This document shows, piece by piece, positions 58,816 to 64,000 of a stretch of 64,000 bases of DNA. The position numbers and the translations under genes are program-made. Position 1 is the first letter of the stretch, and each line of letters begins with the position of its first letter. The notes beneath the pieces are model-generated. The model was given only the letters and a program-made list of their open reading frames with translations, was not told where the DNA came from and made no database searches. This DNA is from Lentimicrobiaceae bacterium (GTDB taxonomy: Bacteria; Bacteroidota; Bacteroidia; Bacteroidales; JALOCA01). The DNA lies in assembly GCA_023227965.1 (NCBI GenBank), contig JALOCA010000002.1:65457-129456 (forward strand). Reading direction: 5' to 3'.

Positions 58816-61800
58816 ATGTACATGAAAAAGTTCATTATCATCTGTTTTATTTTCACTGGCATAATCACAATATCTGCCTTTGCACAACAATACCCCACCC
58901 GCGAGCAAATTAAAAAACACCCTTTAAAATATAAGGTGGATTACCGGATAGACAATATGGCCTACTGGAAAAGAATGGCTAACTTAGGACTGGTAACTAC
59001 TGCTCCTATTCAAAAAGTACCCAAGGCTATATTTACAGGAAATAATATCAATTCTAAGAGTGTATTAACTACTAATTCACTGGACGTTTGTATTACTTCA
59101 GAAAATTCCACACAAAGTGAAAATTCTGTCTTTATAAGTCCTTTGAATCCAGATAATGCGCTCAACTCCAATAATTCAACCCCTTTACCCGCAGGAAGCG
59201 TTTACGGTGCTGACCATTTTATTACCAATGATGAAGGCAATACTTGGGATGGCTCCATTTACGGTGCCGGCGGCGGCGATCAGGGCGACCCGACAACTGC
59301 CATCGGAAACAATGGACATATGTTTGTTGGATTCATTCACAGCAACAACGGTCAGGGCGTTTCTCATTCTACTGATGGGGGAACCACCTGGACTTCGGTA
59401 GTTGTTGCACCGGGTCCTCCGGGTTGGAACAGCCTTCTCGACAAAAACCATTTATGGATTGACAATTCTACAACAAGTGTTTACGATGGTAATCTTTACG
59501 ATGCCTGGACAAACTTTGGCGGTTCAAATAATAACCAGATTGAAATTTCCCGTTCAACCGACGATGGACTCACCTGGTCAGCCCCGCAAAGCATAAGCAA
59601 TGCAGTTAGTGCAGGAAGCCATAACCAGGGTGTGAATATCAGCACCGGTCCTGACGGACAGGTATATGTTTGCTGGGTTGTGTATGATGCAGGTGTGATG
59701 GATGAAAAAGCCATTGGATTTACCAGATCAACCGACGGTGGGGTTACTTATCAGCCGGCAATCAGAGCCATAAACAATCTGAAAGGAATCCGTACAGGCG
59801 GAACGTCAAAAAATATGCGCGTAAACTCCTTCCCATCCATGACTGTTGACATCAGTAACAGCGGACATCGTGGTACCATTTACATTGTTTGGGCTAACAA
59901 AGGAGTTCCCGGAATAAACACCGGCAGCGACATAGATGTTTACCTTATTAAATCCACTGATGGCGGAACCACCTGGTCGAATCCCAAAAAGATTAATACT
60001 GATGCTCCCGGTGCTGGCAAACAACATTACTTCCCATGGATTACCTGCGACCCAATTACCGGCACCCTCAGCGTGATTTTTTACGACGACCGTAATGTAA
60101 CCAGTTCCCAATGCGAAGTATGGTGTGCCAATTCTTACGACGGCGGAGAAACCTGGGCAGATTTTAAAGTCAGTGATATCGCTTTTACTCCAACTCCGAT
60201 TCCCGGCCTTGCCAGCTCTTATTTTGGCGATTACCTCGCCATAAGTGCAAGAAATGGGCAGGTTTATCCGGTTTGGACTGATAACCGTTCGGGTCATGCT
60301 CTTACTTATGCCTCACCCTATGTAACAGGAATGGCTCCGGTTGCAACAGTTTTCCCGATTCCGGTTGATTCTTCCAAACAAGTTCTTCCTTTTACAAAAC
60401 TGCATTGGCAGGATACCAGTAACGTAAGCCCGGCTACCCTTTTCAAAATTTACCTCGGAACTGATAATCCTCCTACCAATATCGTAAGCGGAGGCATGGT
60501 AATGGATACGGTATTCATTCCTTCTCATTCTTTACCCGAAAATTCTACCATCTATTGGAGAGTAGATGCTTACAATGGTTTTGGAAATACTTCCGGAAAC
60601 GTTTGGAGTTTTACTACTTTGCCTCCTGTTGAAGAAGATTTTGAAAGCGGAGATTTTACCAGATACCAATGGAATTTTAACGAACAGCCCTGGACTGTTA
60701 CTAACCTTGCAAAACGCAATGGGGGTTACTCTGCCAAATCAGGCATCGTAAATGTTGGCGATACCTCTGCCATGCACCTGCAACTGGAACTTGCTGTTAC
60801 CGATACCCTGCATTTCTGGGTAAAAACAACCACCATGGAAACAGTGAACCACCTTGAATTTGCTGTGGACGGGCAGGTGATGGAAACATGGAGCGGAACT
60901 CTCGACTGGACACAGGCAGCAATACCGGTTACTGCTGGTTTACACAACTATGAATGGCGTTATGTGAAAACAGCCCAGGATACCACTATCATTGATGCTG
61001 TTTGGGTTGATTATATTGATTTCCCCATGTTAAGCCCAATTACTGCCGTAGCCGGTAACGACGACGACATTTGTGTGGGTCAAACTTATCAGCTCAACGG
61101 GAGTTCAGTAAATTACTCTACTGTTCAATGGACTACCTCCGGAAACGGTACTTTCAATAATTCCGGCATACTAAATCCTGTATATACCCCTGGCAGCATT
61201 GACATTACACAGGGATTTGCAAAGCTTGTTTTAACGGTAACCTGTGGTTGTGGTGATGTTCTGAGCGATACGCTTATCCTTAGTATTCACGCTATTCCTT
61301 CGGCCTTTACCATACAAGGTGGCGGCGGATACTGCGAAGGCGGCAGCGGCGTAAGCATCAGCCTTAACGGCTCACAAACCAATATAGATTATGAATTATT
61401 ACTGAACAATACTCCTACCGGTTACATTCTTCCGGGAACCGGTTCATCGTTGCTTTTTGAAAATGTTACTGTTCCCGGCACTTACAAAATAAAAGCAGCA
61501 AATGCTTATGGCTGCGAACGGGCTATGACCGGGCAGGTAAGCGTTCTGTTGTATCCTCTTCCTGTGGTACAGTTGGGTAGCGATACTATCATTTGTGTTA
61601 ATCATGTTATTGAACTCGACGCTACCATACCCAACGCACAAAACTATCTGTGGCAACCCTTTGGGCAAACCACTCCAACCATCATGGTGGATTCTACCGG
61701 CGTAGGTGCAGGTGTACAGACTTACTCGGTGTTAGTAACCGACAACAATGGCTGTCAGACTACCGACGACATTACCATTACTTTCGATCCCTGTACCGGA

Positions 61801-62067
61801 ATTACTGGCTATGTGAAAGGGCTTAAAGTGGATATATCGCCTAACCCGGCAAGCGAAAATGTTTATCTGACCCTTATTACCGATAAGAACTGTCAGTTTG
61901 GTGTAAAAATCACCAATGCTGCCAACCAGGAGTTTTACCATCAGCGGATGACAGTTAATGGAAAGATGATCAAGACCATTGATATAAGTTCTTTGGCAAG
62001 AGGCATTTATTTCGTTCATATCGAAGGAAACAAAACAAAACTTATCCGTAAACTGATAGTTCAGTAA
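58816..62067 (+). CDS. large secreted BNR/Asp-box beta-propeller protein with a T9SS C-terminal sorting domain
   Basis: I take the start at MYMKKFIIICFIFTGIITISAFAQ (ATG 58816 or 58822). Five Asp-boxes are visible: STDGGTTW, STDDGLTW, STDGGVTY, STDGGTTW and SYDGGETW. Ig/FN3-like modules follow. The last ~80 aa (ISPNPASENVYLTL...GIYFVHIEGNKTKLIRKLIVQ) look like a type A T9SS CTD. Confidence 0.85.
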   Translation: MYMKKFIIICFIFTGIITISAFAQQYPTREQIKKHPLKYKVDYRIDNMAYWKRMANLGLVTTAPIQKVPKAIFTGNNINSKSVLTTNSLDVCITSENSTQSENSVFISPLNPDNALNSNNSTPLPAGSVYGADHFITNDEGNTWDGSIYGAGGGDQGDPTTAIGNNGHMFVGFIHSNNGQGVSHSTDGGTTWTSVVVAPGPPGWNSLLDKNHLWIDNSTTSVYDGNLYDAWTNFGGSNNNQIEISRSTDDGLTWSAPQSISNAVSAGSHNQGVNISTGPDGQVYVCWVVYDAGVMDEKAIGFTRSTDGGVTYQPAIRAINNLKGIRTGGTSKNMRVNSFPSMTVDISNSGHRGTIYIVWANKGVPGINTGSDIDVYLIKSTDGGTTWSNPKKINTDAPGAGKQHYFPWITCDPITGTLSVIFYDDRNVTSSQCEVWCANSYDGGETWADFKVSDIAFTPTPIPGLASSYFGDYLAISARNGQVYPVWTDNRSGHALTYASPYVTGMAPVATVFPIPVDSSKQVLPFTKLHWQDTSNVSPATLFKIYLGTDNPPTNIVSGGMVMDTVFIPSHSLPENSTIYWRVDAYNGFGNTSGNVWSFTTLPPVEEDFESGDFTRYQWNFNEQPWTVTNLAKRNGGYSAKSGIVNVGDTSAMHLQLELAVTDTLHFWVKTTTMETVNHLEFAVDGQVMETWSGTLDWTQAAIPVTAGLHNYEWRYVKTAQDTTIIDAVWVDYIDFPMLSPITAVAGNDDDICVGQTYQLNGSSVNYSTVQWTTSGNGTFNNSGILNPVYTPGSIDITQGFAKLVLTVTCGCGDVLSDTLILSIHAIPSAFTIQGGGGYCEGGSGVSISLNGSQTNIDYELLLNNTPTGYILPGTGSSLLFENVTVPGTYKIKAANAYGCERAMTGQVSVLLYPLPVVQLGSDTIICVNHVIELDATIPNAQNYLWQPFGQTTPTIMVDSTGVGAGVQTYSVLVTDNNGCQTTDDITITFDPCTGITGYVKGLKVDISPNPASENVYLTLITDKNCQFGVKITNAANQEFYHQRMTVNGKMIKTIDISSLARGIYFVHIEGNKTKLIRKLIVQ

Positions 62068-62137
62068 GATAATAACCTGAATTCGGCGTAAGGTTGCAAA
62101 CCATTCTATGATTTCGCTATCGCTCAGCAGTCAATGG

Positions 62138-63292
62138 CTAAATAAAAGAAAGTGCTAATGCACGGGTTTCCCGGTCGGTTTGTACATAATCGTCAAATGA
62201 AGGGTGCAGGACAAAAGAAGCTTTCGCCATACATTTTTCGATGATTTCCGGAATTTGCAGAAAACCTGTTTTGTCATTAAGAAATGCAGCAACCGCTATT
62301 TCGTTGGCGGCATTTAATATACAAGGCATATTCCCTCCCTGTTCCAGCGCAGCATAGGCAAACATAAGGCAACGGAAGGTAGTGATATCGGGTTTTTCAA
62401 AGGTGAGTTGAGGAAAATCCGTAAACAAGAAACGTGGAAAACTGGTCGCCAAACGGTGGGGGTATGATAGGGCATATTGTATCGGCAGCCGCATATCGGG
62501 CAGTCCCATCTGGGCTTTCAGCGAGCCGTCGGCAAACTGCACCAGCGAATGGATGATGGACTGTGGATGAATAATCACTTCTATCTGCGAAGCTGCCATC
62601 CCGAAAAGCCAGTGTGCTTCTATCACTTCCAGCCCTTTGTTCATCAATGTGGCAGAATCAATGGTAACCTTGCAACCCATATTCCAGTTGGGATGTTTCA
62701 GCGCCATTTCCTTGGTAACTTTCGCAAGATAATCATTGTTTTTCCCCCTGAACGGACCACCCGAAGCCGTCAGGATAATTTTTTCCACCGGATTGTGAAA
62801 TTCACCTGCAAGGCATTGAAATATTGCTGAATGTTCCGAATCAATAGGGTAAATATTTACGCCTTTTTCTCTTGCAAAGCGGGTAACCAGTTCGCCGGCT
62901 ACCACCAGGGCTTCTTTGTTGGCAAGGGCTATGGGCTTCCCGGCATTAATGGCATGCATAGTAGGCTGCAAGCCGGAAAAGCCTACCAATGCTGTCAGTA
63001 CGATGTCAATAGAATCACTTTCGGTGATTTGTGTTAAGGATGCCTCGCCTGAAAATACTTTGATGTCATGCGGTTGTAAAGCATCGGAAACTTCGCGATA
63101 GTGCTTTTCGTTGACTATCACCACGGCATTGGGTTTAAATTCCAACGCCTGTTTAATCAGCAAATCGGTATTAGTATTGGCAGTAAGCACTTCCGCCTCA
63201 AAAACCTCCGGATGGTTTCGGATTACTTCCAGTGCCTGGGTTCCGATGGAGCCTGTAGAGCCTAAAACGGCAATTCTTTTTTTTGCTACCAA
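62138..63292 (-). CDS. dxr: 1-deoxy-D-xylulose-5-phosphate reductoisomerase
   Basis: 384 aa with IAVLGSTGSIGTQAL, LANKEALV, IDSEHSAIFQCL and HPNWNMG. Confidence 0.95.
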   Translation of the reverse strand: MVAKKRIAVLGSTGSIGTQALEVIRNHPEVFEAEVLTANTNTDLLIKQALEFKPNAVVIVNEKHYREVSDALQPHDIKVFSGEASLTQITESDSIDIVLTALVGFSGLQPTMHAINAGKPIALANKEALVVAGELVTRFAREKGVNIYPIDSEHSAIFQCLAGEFHNPVEKIILTASGGPFRGKNNDYLAKVTKEMALKHPNWNMGCKVTIDSATLMNKGLEVIEAHWLFGMAASQIEVIIHPQSIIHSLVQFADGSLKAQMGLPDMRLPIQYALSYPHRLATSFPRFLFTDFPQLTFEKPDITTFRCLMFAYAALEQGGNMPCILNAANEIAVAAFLNDKTGFLQIPEIIEKCMAKASFVLHPSFDDYVQTDRETRALALSFI

Positions 63293-64000
63293 CTGATGTA
63301 GTCTTTAGGGTTTACCGGACTTCCATTGTACCAAAGTTCAAAGTGCATGTGGGGTCCTGAAGATACTTCTCCGGTTTCGCCTACAATGGCTACAGGTTCT
63401 CCGGCATGTACATAATCGCCTTGTTGTTTGAGCAAAACGGAACAATGTTTATAGAAAGTGATGATGTTGCCTGTGTGCTGAATAGCCAACACCCATCCGT
63501 GTTCTAATGTCCAGTTAGCAAGAACAACGGTTCCGCTAAGTGCGGCTTTAATGGCTTCATTTTTTTGTGCAGCCACATCTATACCAAAATGGCGGTTCTG
63601 GCTATTGAAATTACTTATAATCATGCCTTTTAAAGGGCAATAGAAATTAACACTTCCTATATAGGAATTACTTACTCCTAACCCCTCTGAAGAAGTTTCG
63701 TTGCTGCTGAGCAGTGCGTATTTATTCTGGTTTTCCACCTCCACTCTGAGTAGCGAATCATCCGGGCTGCGCCTGTCGCTGATTTCGGAATAGGAAGTTG
63801 CCTTGGCAGTATCTTTGGTAAGGGAATAATCCGGGTGCAGGTCGTTGCCTGTGATGATATTTTTCAGGTTGGAGATGTATTTGTCCTTTTGTTGTAAAAC
63901 CTGTTCTATGGAATCGGTTTTCAAGCCAAGTTCGTACACATTCTTCTGCAATCCCACGCTGGAATAACCAGGTATGTACTCGCGCAACGGGGTGAAGGCA
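63286..64000 (-). CDS. M23 family metallopeptidase (N-terminus probably beyond the right window edge)
   Basis: The C-terminal LytM domain shows HFGIDVAA, HTGNIITFYKHCS and GPHMHFELW. The track start at 63987 is a TTG, and the frame stays open to base 64000. It overlaps the dxr start by 7 nt. Confidence 0.85.
   Translation of the reverse strand, partial: AFTPLREYIPGYSSVGLQKNVYELGLKTDSIEQVLQQKDKYISNLKNIITGNDLHPDYSLTKDTAKATSYSEISDRRSPDDSLLRVEVENQNKYALLSSNETSSEGLGVSNSYIGSVNFYCPLKGMIISNFNSQNRHFGIDVAAQKNEAIKAALSGTVVLANWTLEHGWVLAIQHTGNIITFYKHCSVLLKQQGDYVHAGEPVAIVGETGEVSSGPHMHFELWYNGSPVNPKDYISW

Overview
The window looks like a chromosomal segment of a Bacteroidota genome. That assignment is an inference from four things: a GldB-like lipoprotein, a T9SS-type C-terminal sorting domain, paired OmpH/Skp genes, and the Bacteroidetes -7 promoter motif TAnnTTTG just upstream of many starts. 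I saw no rRNA, CRISPR array, transposase, integrase or phage gene.

Most of the window is housekeeping. It holds prs (cut by the left edge), tRNA-Leu(CAA), an S41 protease, sodB, lgt, nadE, an Nfu-like gene, mrp, and a complete kdpF-A-B-C-D-E potassium pump locus with its two-component system. It also holds rsmA, cysS, deoD-purA-fur, a RelA/SpoT gene, two skp-like genes, rluB, dxr, and an M23 peptidase cut by the right edge.

The most unusual content is an 11-kb tightly coupled plus-strand operon at about 35.8-47.0 kb. It encodes:
- a GT2-DUF2062 glycosyltransferase;
- a 1283-aa triple fusion of an MMPL/RND transporter, a PlsC-type acyltransferase and a SAM methyltransferase;
- a CrtI-like FAD oxidoreductase that is frame-broken in this sequence;
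- a membrane-anchored C45 Ntn acyltransferase;
- a B12-domain radical SAM enzyme;
- an unrecognisable 125-aa protein;
- a family-2 O-methyltransferase.

This gene set resembles the attachment and export half of aryl-polyene/flexirubin clusters, but no ketosynthase, ACP or reductase core is present in the window.

Other points worth a second look:
- nine near-perfect 57-bp in-frame tandem repeats that build a charged N-terminal extension on RluB;
- an overlapping radical-SAM plus unknown gene pair;
- a second hydrophobic micro-ORF between kdpF and kdpA;
- a roughly 570-bp spacer of extreme AT content next to a low-GC lgt;
- an MFS exporter coupled to an orphan Sfp-type PPTase.

All calls rest on reading the translations and motifs by eye. 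No database search was run.
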